From contig JAFYON010000047.1 in NCBI GenBank assembly GCA_017560145.1, positions 2,906 to 66,905 on the forward strand: a DNA stretch of 64,000 nucleotides, written 5' to 3'. Below the pieces are notes generated by a model. That model was not told the DNA's origin and did not search any database. It saw only the letters and a list, made by a program, of their open reading frames with translations. The stretch's first letter is position 1. Every line of letters begins with the position of its first letter. Position numbers and translations under genes: made by a program. The DNA is from Clostridia bacterium (GTDB lineage Bacteria > Bacillota > Clostridia > Oscillospirales > CAG-382). This document shows, one piece after another, positions 1-9,974 of this stretch.

Positions 1-154
1 TCCAATCGGGGGTTATTTGCGACAAAAGCATCGAGGTACCCGAAATGCCGCTGTCGTAAAGCTTTACCGGTGCAAGAAAGAAGGTAACGCCAAACGCGTT
101 TATCAAGCCCGCAACCGTAAGCAACAAAAAGTTTTTGGTTTCGAATTTTTTCAT
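1..154 (-). CDS. YitT-family membrane protein, N-terminal fragment (gene runs off left edge)
   Basis: Reverse-strand ATG at 154, 4 nt after the rnhA stop, gives MKKFETKNFLLLTVAGLINAFGVTFFLAPVKLYDSGISGTSMLL. This looks like a YitT/DUF2179-type N-terminus. It is absent from the ORF track because the ORF runs off the left edge, so its stop codon lies outside the window. Confidence 0.6.
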   Translation of the reverse strand, partial: MKKFETKNFLLLTVAGLINAFGVTFFLAPVKLYDSGISGTSMLLSQITPDW

Positions 155-158
155 TGGA

Positions 159-602
159 TCACTCTATCTTAAGTTTTTCTGCGTAGCCGCTCGCCAATTC
201 GTCGCAGCGTTCGTTATATTCGTGCCCGTCGTGTCCGCGCACCCAGATAAATTCAACCTCGTGCGTGCAAAGCAGATCGTCGAGCGTCTTCCAAAGGTCG
301 TCGTTCAAAACGGCGGATTTGTCCGCCTTGCGCCAACCCTTGCTCTTCCAGCTTTCGAGCCAGCCCTTGTTTATGGCGTTGACGAGATATTGCGAGTCGC
401 TGTAAAGATTCACTCTGCACGGCTCCTTAAGCGCCTTCAAGCCCTCGATCGCGGCGGTAAGCTCCATTCGGTTGTTGGTCGTAACCCGTTCGCCGCCGAA
501 AAGCTCCTTTTCCTTGCCGCCAAAGACCAATATTGCGCTCCAGCCGCCTGCACCGGGATTGCCCTTACAAGCGCCGTCTGTATAAATGTCTACCGTTTTC
601 AA
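159..602 (-). CDS. rnhA: Ribonuclease HI
   Basis: 147 aa. Aligns by eye along its length with classical RNase HI ([36 protein letters not shown]). Start overlaps the upstream gene stop. Confidence 0.9.
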   Translation of the reverse strand: MKTVDIYTDGACKGNPGAGGWSAILVFGGKEKELFGGERVTTNNRMELTAAIEGLKALKEPCRVNLYSDSQYLVNAINKGWLESWKSKGWRKADKSAVLNDDLWKTLDDLLCTHEVEFIWVRGHDGHEYNERCDELASGYAEKLKIE

Positions 603-1528
603 TCTTTAACACCCTTTATCTTTTGCAATCTGATATCGGTTCCCACAAAGGAAAACAAACGGAATTCTCCAACCACGCGTGAGAAAAGTCGCTCGCCGTA
701 AGACTTTTTAAGTCCGTTGTGGTTCAGGTTCGAGGAGATCAGTGTCTTTTTGCCGTTGACGATACGCATATCGATAATGCTCGTTATTGCAGAAACACTG
801 TATTGCGACATACATTCCGCACCCAAATCGTCAATAATAAGCAACGCGCAATTTTCGTATTTCTTTCTTTCGGAAATGTCGGCACGGTTAAATCGCACCG
901 CCTCTACCGTGTCAAAAATCTGCTGTGCAGATTCGTAAATAACACTTAAGCCCTTTGCCGAAACGACGTTTGCGATTGCGGCTGTAAGGTGGGTCTTGCC
1001 CAAGCCCGTACCGCCGTAGAAATAAAGCCCTGCGGCGTTATCGTTGGGGAATTTATCGGCATAAAGCTTACAACCCTCAAGAACGGTCTCCATATGATCG
1101 CGCTCGGGTCCCTGTGCATAGTAAGATAGCGAAAAGCTTTCGAAGGTCTTATCCAAAAGGCCTCCCGCAAGACTGCTTGCGCGGTAGTTTTCGACCGACA
1201 TAAGCTCTCTTACACAATGGCAAAGCTTTATTCCGCAATATCCGCCGTCGTTGCAATCGGGGCAATCGAACTTGGGTGCATCGTAATCCTTGTCGTATCC
1301 GCAGGAAGCAAGTATCTGCTCGCGCTCGCTTGCAAGAGCATCGCTTTCGGCACGAAGCTCCTCAACGCTTTCGCCAACCAACGCGCGCATAGGTATTTCG
1401 CGAAGCAAATCGTCGATGGTCTTAACGCGCGGCAACCTCAAATGAAGCTCGGCGCGTCTTCTTTCCGCCTCGTCCATTGCCGCTATTCTGTTTTCGGTTT
1501 TTATGCTTAATGCTTCATTCAGTTTCAT
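599..1528 (-). CDS. DnaC/DnaI-type helicase-loader AAA+ ATPase
   Basis: 309 aa with Walker [11 protein letters not shown] and Walker [10 protein letters not shown]-terminal Cys cluster [21 protein letters not shown] overlap with the dnaD-like gene. Confidence 0.8.
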   Translation of the reverse strand: MKLNEALSIKTENRIAAMDEAERRRAELHLRLPRVKTIDDLLREIPMRALVGESVEELRAESDALASEREQILASCGYDKDYDAPKFDCPDCNDGGYCGIKLCHCVRELMSVENYRASSLAGGLLDKTFESFSLSYYAQGPERDHMETVLEGCKLYADKFPNDNAAGLYFYGGTGLGKTHLTAAIANVVSAKGLSVIYESAQQIFDTVEAVRFNRADISERKKYENCALLIIDDLGAECMSQYSVSAITSIIDMRIVNGKKTLISSNLNHNGLKKSYGERLFSRVVGEFRLFSFVGTDIRLQKIKGVKD

Positions 1529-2439
1529 TTGTTATCACCAAACAGATCGTCAAATCCTCTTGAAAGCGCCGCTTCTATGAATTCGTCGCTTCCGTCAAGG
1601 CTCGAATCGGTTCCCGCTTTTCGGCTCGAATCGCCTGTATTTATATCCTCGACCGTTGCAAATCCGCTATCGTACCAACGGCGTAGTATTGTGTTCATAT
1701 AGCTGATGCTAACCTTTCCGGTCGCATCGACTGTCTTTTCATAAGCAAGCTCGACAACGTCAAATTTAAACGCCCATTCGCCGAACCACTGATCGAAGGT
1801 CTTCTTTTCCTTGCTTGTAAGCGCACGGGCACCCATGCCGAAAAGCTTGCGGAGCTTGCCGACGTTACTGTTTATCTCGGCTTTTCGGGTAAGATATGCT
1901 TCGAGCTTTTCATAAGTGTCGATTCCCTGCTCGTAAAGCGATATCGCCGTCTTGAATATGTACTGCATATTCGCTTTGCCGTTTGCACAGCAATCCTCTG
2001 CTATTCCGCAGATAACCGGTGCGGGGATGCGCGCGTAATCATAAAGATAGAAAAGAGAGCTCAGATCGTTTTTGGTAAGCACCGATTTCGCCAATCTTTC
2101 GCAAACGAATTCATTGAGCATCGCAAAATCGGCTTGATTTATAAGCGCGTCCGTAATAGTTTCCGAATCGTAATTGCGGTAAACGGCAGTATCGCTTGCA
2201 ATCTTTTTCTTTTTGCCCTCGCTTTCGGAAAAAACCGCCGCTCCGCGCCAAAATGCGATCGCGGCTTCTGCCTGCGAAACTGTCAAGCCAAGCTCACGCG
2301 CGGCATCGGCGACACTGCTTTCGGGCTCTGCAAAGAAATAAACAAGAGCTTTCAATTCCTCTGCGGACGCGTTTTTGATATGGGATAAAACGTCCCGAGG
2401 TAATATTATTAGGTTTTCTGCGGGAGTTTTAATAGCCAT
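1525..2439 (-). CDS. DnaD-domain replication initiation protein
   Basis: 304 aa. DnaD/DnaB(Bsu)-like C-terminal region (FDQWFGEWAFKFDVVELAYEKT, ISYMNTILRRWYDSG). Translationally coupled to the loader ATPase. Confidence 0.7.
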   Translation of the reverse strand: MAIKTPAENLIILPRDVLSHIKNASAEELKALVYFFAEPESSVADAARELGLTVSQAEAAIAFWRGAAVFSESEGKKKKIASDTAVYRNYDSETITDALINQADFAMLNEFVCERLAKSVLTKNDLSSLFYLYDYARIPAPVICGIAEDCCANGKANMQYIFKTAISLYEQGIDTYEKLEAYLTRKAEINSNVGKLRKLFGMGARALTSKEKKTFDQWFGEWAFKFDVVELAYEKTVDATGKVSISYMNTILRRWYDSGFATVEDINTGDSSRKAGTDSSLDGSDEFIEAALSRGFDDLFGDNK

Positions 2440-2449
2440 TTTACACCTT

Positions 2450-2899
2450 TTAAGATTTAATAATACTTACGTCGGGGCTTATCGCAAGAGTAAGCTTGTT
2501 CTTCTCTGCGAGCGAACCGACGATTTCGACGGAATAATCGACAAAAAGTCTGCCGCCGTCCATTGTAAGATTGTTTTCGAGATTTTTCGTGCGGACGCGA
2601 AGCTGAAATTGCCTGTCGCCTGCGCCGATAATGCAATCGTAAGCCTTGCCGTCGTTAAAGACAAGATGCGTTCTCATCGGGCCGATGCGGTTAAGCGAAA
2701 CGGTTTCGTCCTTAAAAACGTTTATTATTGTCGTTGTGGAATTTTCCTGCTCGGTATACTCGATGCAAAGCCCTCTTCTGGTATTTTTCATCGTTCCCGA
2801 AACGAAAAACTCCTCGGTCTCGCCGCGTTCTTCGCCGCGAAGGATAGATGCGGCGTTTATACGCTCGTTCGAAATACGTATATCTACGGGTATTTTCAT
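2450..2899 (-). CDS. DUF1934 (YwiB-like) beta-barrel protein
   Basis: 149 aa. The pattern GLCIEYTEQE...VSLNRIGPMRTHLVF resembles the DUF1934 family. Assignment is from memory of the family, not a search. Confidence 0.5.
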   Translation of the reverse strand: MKIPVDIRISNERINAASILRGEERGETEEFFVSGTMKNTRRGLCIEYTEQENSTTTIINVFKDETVSLNRIGPMRTHLVFNDGKAYDCIIGAGDRQFQLRVRTKNLENNLTMDGGRLFVDYSVEIVGSLAEKNKLTLAISPDVSIIKS

Positions 2900-2911
2900 G
2901 TTTTTTCCTTT

Positions 2912-3724
2912 TTAATAGTTTTCAATATCGATATGCATTGCGCTTACTGCGATATCCTCTCCGAGGAAGCGCGAAGCATTTTGCGAAAAGAGCTTTTCGC
3001 CGCCGCTTGTGTAAAATTCGGTCTTGCCGCCAAAACCGTTAAGCAGACCTTTTTCGGTCAACAGCTTCTTTATTCCAAGCGCCGCCGCCTCGCCCGAGCT
3101 TATAAGCCTTGTTTCGGGCAGATATTTTGCGATAACGTTTGCAAGAAGCGGATAATGGGTGCAGCCGAGAATCGCCGCATCGGGCAATTGCTTTGCGATC
3201 GGCGCGATATATTCCGAAACGATGGCGTTGGTCGCAGAGTCGTCTGCCGTGGGGTGCCAATTTTCAACCAACGGCACGAACATCGGGCACGCCTGATTGA
3301 TAATATCACCCACACCGTTCTTTCTCAATTCGGCTTCAAAGGCGCCGCTGTTTATCGTCGCGCTTGTACCGAGCACCGCAACGCGGTTATTGCCGCCTTT
3401 TGCAATTTCGGCCGCCTGTCTTGCCGTTTCTTCGATGACGCCGACTACCGGCACGCCTGCAACAGCCGAAACGTCGCTAAGACAGTTCGAGCTTACGGTA
3501 CCGCAGGCAATAAGGATCGCCTTGACGCCCAGGGACATAAGAAAACGGGTGTCCTGAAGTGCGAATTTTTTAATTACCGCAGGCGATTTTGTGCCGTACG
3601 GGATACGCGCACTGTCGCCGAAATATATAATATCCTCGTCGGGCATAAGACGTCTTAATGCGGAAAGCGCCGTTAATCCGCCCAGACCCGAATCGAAAAT
3701 GCCGATCGGCTTTCTGTTTTCCAT
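2912..3724 (-). CDS. murI: Glutamate racemase
   Basis: IGIFDSGLGGLT and GCTHYPLL motifs. Start moved to the ATG at 3724 (MENRKPIGIFDSG), 4 nt after the ddl stop. The track start at 3751 overlaps ddl. Confidence 0.9.
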   Translation of the reverse strand: MENRKPIGIFDSGLGGLTALSALRRLMPDEDIIYFGDSARIPYGTKSPAVIKKFALQDTRFLMSLGVKAILIACGTVSSNCLSDVSAVAGVPVVGVIEETARQAAEIAKGGNNRVAVLGTSATINSGAFEAELRKNGVGDIINQACPMFVPLVENWHPTADDSATNAIVSEYIAPIAKQLPDAAILGCTHYPLLANVIAKYLPETRLISSGEAAALGIKKLLTEKGLLNGFGGKTEFYTSGGEKLFSQNASRFLGEDIAVSAMHIDIENY

Positions 3725-3728
3725 TATA

Positions 3729-4790
3729 TCAGTCCTCGCATCCTTCGGCAAGTGAAAGAAGCTTGGTGATAAGTGCCTTGTATTCTATTCCTATGCAAGC
3801 CATCATTTTGGGATACATACTGATGGGAGTAAAGCCGGGAATAGTATTTATCTCGTTAAGGAACGCGCCGTTTTCGGTAAGGAAGAAGTCCACGCGTGAA
3901 AGTCCGCTGCAGCCGAGCGCCTTATAAACCTCAACCGCAAGAGCGCGAATGCTCTCTGCGGTCGCCTCGTCCATAGGTGCAGGTGCAAGACAAACCGATT
4001 TATCGTTAACGTATTTGGTTTCGTAATCATAAAAATCGCTGTTGGGGATAACCTCGCCGCAAACCGATGCAAAGGGCTTTTCGTTACCGCAAACCGCAAC
4101 CTCGATTTCACGTCCGACGGTGTTCGGCTCGATAAGTAATTTTTTATCGTGCTCAAATGCAAGCGCGATACCGCTTACAAGCTCGCTTCTGTCCTTTGCC
4201 TTGGTTATGCCGACAGAGCTGCCTGCGTTTGCGGGCTTAACGAAAACGGGATATGCATATTTCTCCTCGACCGAAGCAACAAGCGCGTCGATATCGCAGG
4301 GCTTGCTTGCCGAAACGAAGGGAACGACGGGAATGCCTGCGGCAGCGCAGATGGTCTTGGTCGCCGCCTTATCCATCGAAACCGCAGAGGAATAGGTGTC
4401 GCATCCGACGTAAGGAATGCCCGCAAGCTCCAAAAGTCCCTGCATCGTGCCGTCCTCACCGTTTTTACCGTGAAGCACGGGGAATGCGACGTCGATCCTT
4501 ACGATCTCAAAGCTTCCGTTTGCGCCGTCAAGCGCGATAAGGCCGTGATGCGCCTTGCAGGGCGAAATAACGGCAGGGATCAAAAGCGCACGCTTTTCCT
4601 GCCAGATATGGTTGCGGAGATCGTCGGTGCTTCCGCGATAGATCCACCATTTGCCGTCCTTGGTTATGCCTACCAAAACAACGTCGTAAATATCTTTATC
4701 AACGTTTTCGGCTACGTTTGCCGCAGAAACACAGCTTACCTCGTATTCCGAGCTTTCACCGCCGAAAATTATTGCAACTGTCTTTTTCAT
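3729..4790 (-). CDS. ddl: D-alanine--D-alanine ligase
   Basis: 353 aa. ATP-grasp Ddl signature (IIFGGESSEYEVS, FPVLHGKNGEDGTMQGLLE, EINTIPGFT). Confidence 0.9.
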   Translation of the reverse strand: MKKTVAIIFGGESSEYEVSCVSAANVAENVDKDIYDVVLVGITKDGKWWIYRGSTDDLRNHIWQEKRALLIPAVISPCKAHHGLIALDGANGSFEIVRIDVAFPVLHGKNGEDGTMQGLLELAGIPYVGCDTYSSAVSMDKAATKTICAAAGIPVVPFVSASKPCDIDALVASVEEKYAYPVFVKPANAGSSVGITKAKDRSELVSGIALAFEHDKKLLIEPNTVGREIEVAVCGNEKPFASVCGEVIPNSDFYDYETKYVNDKSVCLAPAPMDEATAESIRALAVEVYKALGCSGLSRVDFFLTENGAFLNEINTIPGFTPISMYPKMMACIGIEYKALITKLLSLAEGCED

Positions 4791-4803
4791 AATCGATTAC
4801 CTC

Positions 4804-5739
4804 CTAAAAAACGATGGCATTATATATTGTCCACATAAGGGGTATGGTCAGGATACATATAAGGCTTGTGGAAAGCACGATATCCGCCGCCGTGCGTGAA
4901 TCGCCGCCATAGGTTTCGGCAAGGCTTTGGATCATCGTAGCACCCGGACAGCAAGCCAGAACAAACGCCGCGGTTTTGACCTCGTTGCCGACCGGAAGAA
5001 CAGAAAACATAAGTCCGATGATTATCGGGCTGATTATTAATTTTATTGCCGCTGCTATGTATATGCGGTAATTTGTGAAGATCCTTATAAGGCTCTTTGT
5101 CGCAAGGCGCATTCCGAGCACAGTCATGCAAACGACCGTCGACATTCTTCCCAGCGTTTCGATAAAATCCGCGATCGTTTCGGGAAATTTTACTCCGCAG
5201 GCAAACAAGGTAAAGGAAACCGCAAAGGTTATTACCGACGGATTCAAAAATACCGCCTTGAGTTTGATATATTTTTTGTCACCCGTCATCATCAGAAGTC
5301 CGAGCGTCCAGCCGATAACGTTCATCGAGATCGAAAACGCGGCGGAATAAACGCGAACCTCGGGCATACCGGGAATAAGATACTCAAGCAAAGGCACACC
5401 GAAAAATCCGACGTTACCGCAAATACCCGCAACCGAGCAGACGCGGTGACCGAGGTCCTTGTGCATCTTTTTGCGGAAGAAGAGCGAATAAAGCCCGATG
5501 ACCGCTATCTGTGCCAAAAGAGTAACGAAAAAGAATATCCAAAGGTCTCGGATAAGTATCGGCGTACTGTCGACCGACGTGAGTGTATAAAGCGAAAGAG
5601 CGGGCTGGCAGACGTAAAGCAGAAATTTTGCAAACGCCTTTATCGAATCCTCGCCAAGCACCTTGAGTTTTACAAGCAGATACCCCGGAACGCCGTAAGC
5701 GATCATCATAAGTACCTTTAATGCGGTTATGGCAAACAT
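4804..5739 (-). CDS. AEC (auxin efflux carrier) family transporter
   Basis: 311 aa polytopic membrane protein with AEC-like organisation. Confidence 0.75.
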   Translation of the reverse strand: MFAITALKVLMMIAYGVPGYLLVKLKVLGEDSIKAFAKFLLYVCQPALSLYTLTSVDSTPILIRDLWIFFFVTLLAQIAVIGLYSLFFRKKMHKDLGHRVCSVAGICGNVGFFGVPLLEYLIPGMPEVRVYSAAFSISMNVIGWTLGLLMMTGDKKYIKLKAVFLNPSVITFAVSFTLFACGVKFPETIADFIETLGRMSTVVCMTVLGMRLATKSLIRIFTNYRIYIAAAIKLIISPIIIGLMFSVLPVGNEVKTAAFVLACCPGATMIQSLAETYGGDSRTAADIVLSTSLICILTIPLMWTIYNAIVF

Positions 5740-5766
5740 ATCAATAACCTATCACTGTGAAAAGTT

Positions 5767-6351
5767 TTATTTTTTCTTGACTATCTCGTCAATAACGCCG
5801 TATGCAAGCGCGTCCTCGGCGAACATCCAATTGTCGCGCTCGGTATCGCGCACGATCTCATCGTAAGGTCTGCCGATGTTTTCGGAAAGGATACGGTTGA
5901 TACGCTCCTTGGTGCGGTTTGCAAAGTTAGCGGCAATGATAACGTCGGACGCCTGACCGCCCGCAGAGCCGATAACCTGATGAATCATTATTTCGCTGTT
6001 TTCAAGAGCGTAACGCTTGCCCTTGGTGCCTGCCGCAAGAAGAAAAGCGCCCATACTGCAAGCCGAGCCGACGCAAACGGTCGAAACGTCGCACTTGATG
6101 CTTCTCATCGTATCGTAAATGGCAAAGCCCGCAGAAACGCTTCCGCCGGGAGAGTTGATATAAAGCGTGATATCCTTTTCGGGATCCTGCGCCTCGAGAA
6201 ATAGGAGCTGAGCAACGATGCTGCACGCGAGATCGTCGTTTACCTCGTTGAAAAGCAGAATTATTCTATCCTTTAAAAGGCGAGAAAAGAGGTCGTAACC
6301 GTTCTGTCTTCCGCCTTCGTTTTCAAAAAAAGTAGGGTTGGCTATCATCAT
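5767..6351 (-). CDS. clpP: ATP-dependent Clp protease proteolytic subunit
   Basis: ClpP motifs (INSPGGSVSAG, catalytic GSACSMGAF, MIHQ). Start set to the ATG at 6351, preceded by GGAGG. The track start at 6387 is a GTG extension. Confidence 0.9.
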   Translation of the reverse strand: MMIANPTFFENEGGRQNGYDLFSRLLKDRIILLFNEVNDDLACSIVAQLLFLEAQDPEKDITLYINSPGGSVSAGFAIYDTMRSIKCDVSTVCVGSACSMGAFLLAAGTKGKRYALENSEIMIHQVIGSAGGQASDVIIAANFANRTKERINRILSENIGRPYDEIVRDTERDNWMFAEDALAYGVIDEIVKKK

Positions 6352-6477
6352 TTTGCCTCCAAAGTTATAATCAATTGATTTTACCACAAACCGATCCGCT
6401 TTTCAATAGCAATTTATAGGACCCTTTGCGGAATAATACCGCAATATGTAGAAATTATATTAATTTATATTAATAGT

Positions 6478-6506
6478 TTGACATATTGACTCTTACGGGT
6501 TATAAT
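6478..6506 (+). promoter_or_regulatory. Consensus sigma-A-type promoter of the U32 peptidase gene
   Basis: TTGACA (6478-6483), 17-nt spacer, TATAAT (6501-6506). Confidence 0.7.
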
Positions 6507-6536
6507 ATACCGTAAAATGATTGAGAGGTGAAGGAT

Positions 6537-8300
6537 ATGTCTAAAAAGCCGTTGCTGTTGTCCCCTGCCGGCAGCTTTGCCGCGCTTAAGGCGGCGATCG
6601 ATGCAGGCGCCGACGAGGTATATTTGGGCGGCGAAATGTTCAACGCGCGCATAAACGCATCCAACTTCGACCGTCAGGCATTGATCCGCGCGGGCGAGCT
6701 TTGCCGCGATTCAAACGTGGCTCTGCATATCACCCTCAATACGTTAATATATGACAAGGAATTCAAGAGCGTTCTCGATTACGTTTCCTTTCTCGAAAGT
6801 AACGTCCGCCCCGACGGACTTATCGTTCAGGACCTTGGCGTTGCCCGTACGATCAGAAGAGAATTTCCCGCGCTTGCGCTCCACGCGAGCACGCAGATGA
6901 GAATACATTCGCATCTCGAGGCGGATTTCCTTAAAAGGCTTGGTTTCACACGCGCGGTGGTCGCGCGCGAGCTTCCCAAGGAGGATATAAAGCGCTTTGC
7001 CGAAACGGGGCTCGAAACCGAAATTTTCATTCACGGCGCGATCTGTGTAAGCGAAAGCGGCGGATGCTTGATGAGCTCGGTTATCGGCAACCGAAGCGGC
7101 AACCGCGGCGAATGTGCCCAGCCCTGCCGTCTTCCCTGCAAGGGTGAAAACAAATATCCTCTGTCGCTTAAGGATATGTGCCTCGCATCGCACGTTACCG
7201 AGCTTTGCGAGATCGGCGTTACGAGCCTTAAAATAGAGGGCAGAATGAAAAGCCCCGATTACGTCGGAGGCGTTACCTCGGTTTACCGCCGACTTCTTGA
7301 CGAAAACCGCAACGCGACCGCGGACGAGATAAAATATCTCACGTCTCTTTTCTCGCGCTCGGGCTTTACCGACGGTTATTTTACCTCGAAAATAAACAAA
7401 TCGATGTTCGGCATCCGCCGAGAGGAGGATAAACAAAGATCGCAAAGCCTTCCTCCCTTCAAAAAGGCGGTCAAGCGTCCGCCGCGTGAAAGGATAATTC
7501 CCCCTGCCGAATGCAACGTTCCAAAGCGTGATGAATCGAAAACCCTTCACCCAGGCAAGCAAAAGGGCTTTGTTCTGCGCTTTGAGGGCAGATTGCCTTC
7601 TGCCGAATTTTTGAAAAAGCACGCGCCGAACTCCGCAAGAATAGACGTTCCGCTTCGCAAATGCACCGATGCACGCCTTGCGCCCTACGTCGAAAAGCTT
7701 TCGGCAATTATGCCGCGAAGCATTTTCGTTGCCGAGCAGGAAACGGTCAAAAAGCAGCTTGCGGAGGCAAAAGCGTTCGGGATCGGTCGGGCGACGGTAT
7801 CCTCCATTGCTCACCTGGAGCTTTGCAAGGATATGATCCTGCACGGCGATTATGCGTTGAATATCGTCAACCGCGAATCGCTCGATCTGTTCGACGAACT
7901 TTCGCTCTCTTCGGTAATGCTTTCTCCCGAAACCGACGGAAAATTTGTGCGCTTCAGCCGTTGCGCGCTTGAATACATAGGCTACGGCAGAACTCCGCTT
8001 ATGTACACGCGCACCTGCATTATCCAAAACGTCGAGGGCTGTAAGAACAAAAGCGAATGCTTTTCGTTTCTTACCGACCGCACGGGTGCAAAATTTCCGA
8101 TACTCAGCGGGCCGAGCCACACTAACGTTATCTATAATTCGCTTCCGGGATACAGATTGGACCGCAGAAGCGAGCTGAAAAAATCGGGCGTGGGCTTGAT
8201 AACGCTTCTCTTCACCACCGAAAACGAAAAGCAAATGGACGAAGTGATCTCGCTTTATCAAAGCGGAGAAAAGCCGACCTTCCCCTATACGAGAAAATGA
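6537..8300 (+). CDS. Peptidase U32 family protein
   Basis: U32 N-terminus (LLSPAGSFAALKAAIDAGADEVYLGG) and the ECAQPCR Cys motif. ATG at 6537 is preferred over GTG at 6528 because the RBS GAGGTGAAGG sits at 6524-6533. Confidence 0.8.
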   Translation: MSKKPLLLSPAGSFAALKAAIDAGADEVYLGGEMFNARINASNFDRQALIRAGELCRDSNVALHITLNTLIYDKEFKSVLDYVSFLESNVRPDGLIVQDLGVARTIRREFPALALHASTQMRIHSHLEADFLKRLGFTRAVVARELPKEDIKRFAETGLETEIFIHGAICVSESGGCLMSSVIGNRSGNRGECAQPCRLPCKGENKYPLSLKDMCLASHVTELCEIGVTSLKIEGRMKSPDYVGGVTSVYRRLLDENRNATADEIKYLTSLFSRSGFTDGYFTSKINKSMFGIRREEDKQRSQSLPPFKKAVKRPPRERIIPPAECNVPKRDESKTLHPGKQKGFVLRFEGRLPSAEFLKKHAPNSARIDVPLRKCTDARLAPYVEKLSAIMPRSIFVAEQETVKKQLAEAKAFGIGRATVSSIAHLELCKDMILHGDYALNIVNRESLDLFDELSLSSVMLSPETDGKFVRFSRCALEYIGYGRTPLMYTRTCIIQNVEGCKNKSECFSFLTDRTGAKFPILSGPSHTNVIYNSLPGYRLDRRSELKKSGVGLITLLFTTENEKQMDEVISLYQSGEKPTFPYTRK

Positions 8301-8397
8301 AAACAGCCGATTGTCAGGCAAGAGCTACTTGACAATCGGTTTTTCTTATGATAAAATAAATCAGCTAAATTTGAATATTTTTAAGGAGAACAGTACC

Positions 8398-9921
8398 ATG
8401 AACGCAAAAAGACTTATTTCCGTTTTGCTTTGCATGCTTTTTGTTGCTACCTCCTTGCTTTTGGCTTCCTGCAGTGACGTAACCACTACCGAAAACAGCC
8501 AGGCAGACCAGAGCAACGCAGGTACCACCGACGAAAGCAAAGAAGCAAGCGACACCGCTGTCGACTTCGACGAGCTTATGCCTGAATTTTCTTGGTCCGG
8601 CTCGGAATACGAAGAATTCAACGTTCTCGTTGTTTCTCAGGAAGGCGACGCTACCTATTACTGCGAAGACGTTGTTCCCAACGCTTACTCCACCACCGAC
8701 GCTTCCTTGAGCGAAGCAGTTGCTAAGCGTAACGACGAAATCCTTTCCAAGTATGGCGTTACCATCAACGCTCACCCCGTTAAGGACGTTCGCGCAGACC
8801 TTAAAGAAGACATCACCTCCAACCTTATGCAGTATGATGCAGCTCTTATGTTTATGCCTGCTGCAGCTTCTCTCGCACAGGAAGGATATCTCTGGGATCT
8901 TAACGAATTCTCGGATTACCTCCACTTCGATCAGCCTTGGTGGGATCAGTCCGCTACCGAATCTCTTTCCATCGGCGGCAAGCTTTACTTCAACACCGGC
9001 GACATCTCCATCATGCCCAAGATCGTTTCCACCGCTATCACCTTCAACAAGGAAATCTTCAAGAAGAACTTCCCCGAACAGGACCTTTACCAGATGGTTA
9101 AGGACAAGGAATGGACCTTCGATAAGATGATCGAAATGAGCCGTACCGTTACCGCCGACACCGACGGTCAGTCCGGTATGACCTATCACGACACTTGGGG
9201 TCTCTCCGCTTCCTACGGCGACGTTGCAGGCTTCTTTATCGGTGCAGGCAAGAACTACATCACCAAGGACTCTGACGACCTTCCCATCATCTCGATGAAC
9301 AACACCTCTTCCGTTACTACTCTCCAGAAGATCCTCGAAGCTCTCCAGCTTAAGGACGAATGGTGCTTCCACTGTAACACCGTTACCGACGGCTCCAACA
9401 TCTGGGTTATCTCTCTTGACGTATTCGGTCAGAACCGCGCTCTCTTCAGAACCAGCGCATTCTCCGCAATCAAGAAGCTCCGTGCTTATGATGACGCTCA
9501 GGAATTCGGTATCGTTCCCAATCCTCTCGTAACCGAGGAACAGGAAGATTACTACACCTACTGCTCCGCAAGAATGGCATACGCCGCAGTTATCCCCAAC
9601 TCGCTTCAGGGCGACAAGGCTAACTTCGCTGCATTCATGCTCGAAGCAATGGCATACGGCGGAAGAAAGTACATCACTCCCGCTTACTACGAAACCACCC
9701 TTAAGTACCGCGACCTCCGCGATGATGAATCCGGCGAAATGCTCGACCTCATCTTCAGCAACGTTGTTTACGACCTTGGTATTATCTATGACTTCGGCGG
9801 CGTAAGCTCGATGATCACCGATATGATGAAGAACAACAGCACCGACGTTGCTTCTACCTTCGAAGCTAAGCAGGACGCTATCCTCGACGCTATCGACTCC
9901 TGCGTTGAAAGCTACTCGTAA
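8398..9921 (+). CDS. Extracellular solute-binding lipoprotein (ABC sugar-type, large LplA-like class)
   Basis: Lipoprotein signal MNAKRLISVLLCMLFVATSLLLASC after RBS AAGGAGA. The rest resembles family-1 sugar-binding proteins. The track start at 8311 is a spurious extension. Confidence 0.75.
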   Translation: MNAKRLISVLLCMLFVATSLLLASCSDVTTTENSQADQSNAGTTDESKEASDTAVDFDELMPEFSWSGSEYEEFNVLVVSQEGDATYYCEDVVPNAYSTTDASLSEAVAKRNDEILSKYGVTINAHPVKDVRADLKEDITSNLMQYDAALMFMPAAASLAQEGYLWDLNEFSDYLHFDQPWWDQSATESLSIGGKLYFNTGDISIMPKIVSTAITFNKEIFKKNFPEQDLYQMVKDKEWTFDKMIEMSRTVTADTDGQSGMTYHDTWGLSASYGDVAGFFIGAGKNYITKDSDDLPIISMNNTSSVTTLQKILEALQLKDEWCFHCNTVTDGSNIWVISLDVFGQNRALFRTSAFSAIKKLRAYDDAQEFGIVPNPLVTEEQEDYYTYCSARMAYAAVIPNSLQGDKANFAAFMLEAMAYGGRKYITPAYYETTLKYRDLRDDESGEMLDLIFSNVVYDLGIIYDFGGVSSMITDMMKNNSTDVASTFEAKQDAILDAIDSCVESYS

Positions 9922-9935
9922 TTAAATCGCAATAT

Positions 9936-9966
9936 AAAAGAAGTCCCGTTTGGGACTTCTTTTTTT
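9936..9966. terminator. Bidirectional intrinsic terminator (solute-binding protein gene / trkH)
   Basis: AAAAGAAGTCCC-GTTT-GGGACTTCTTTTTTT between convergent genes. Confidence 0.8.
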
Positions 9967-9974
9967 ATCCTTTG

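Noticed and set aside
599-1528. IstB-like AAA+ ATPase, considered as a possible IS21 helper gene or mobile element.
   Set aside because: There is no IstA transposase and there are no inverted repeats. It is coupled to a DnaD-domain gene and rnhA in a housekeeping context, so I read it as a chromosomal helicase loader.
2375-3658. 427-aa plus-strand ORF, together with similar long antisense ORFs at 6744..8321, 8365..9372, 10506..11825, 14733..15692, 18019..19251, 25094..26464, 29546..30610, 33312..34166, 34773..35765, 46267..47151, 47231..48013 and 55898..56977.
   Set aside because: Each lies opposite a gene with clear family motifs. For the eleven I checked (all except 34773..35765 and 55898..56977) the ORF is in the codon-aligned antisense register of that gene. 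None has recognisable motifs or a start context. They are shadow frames.
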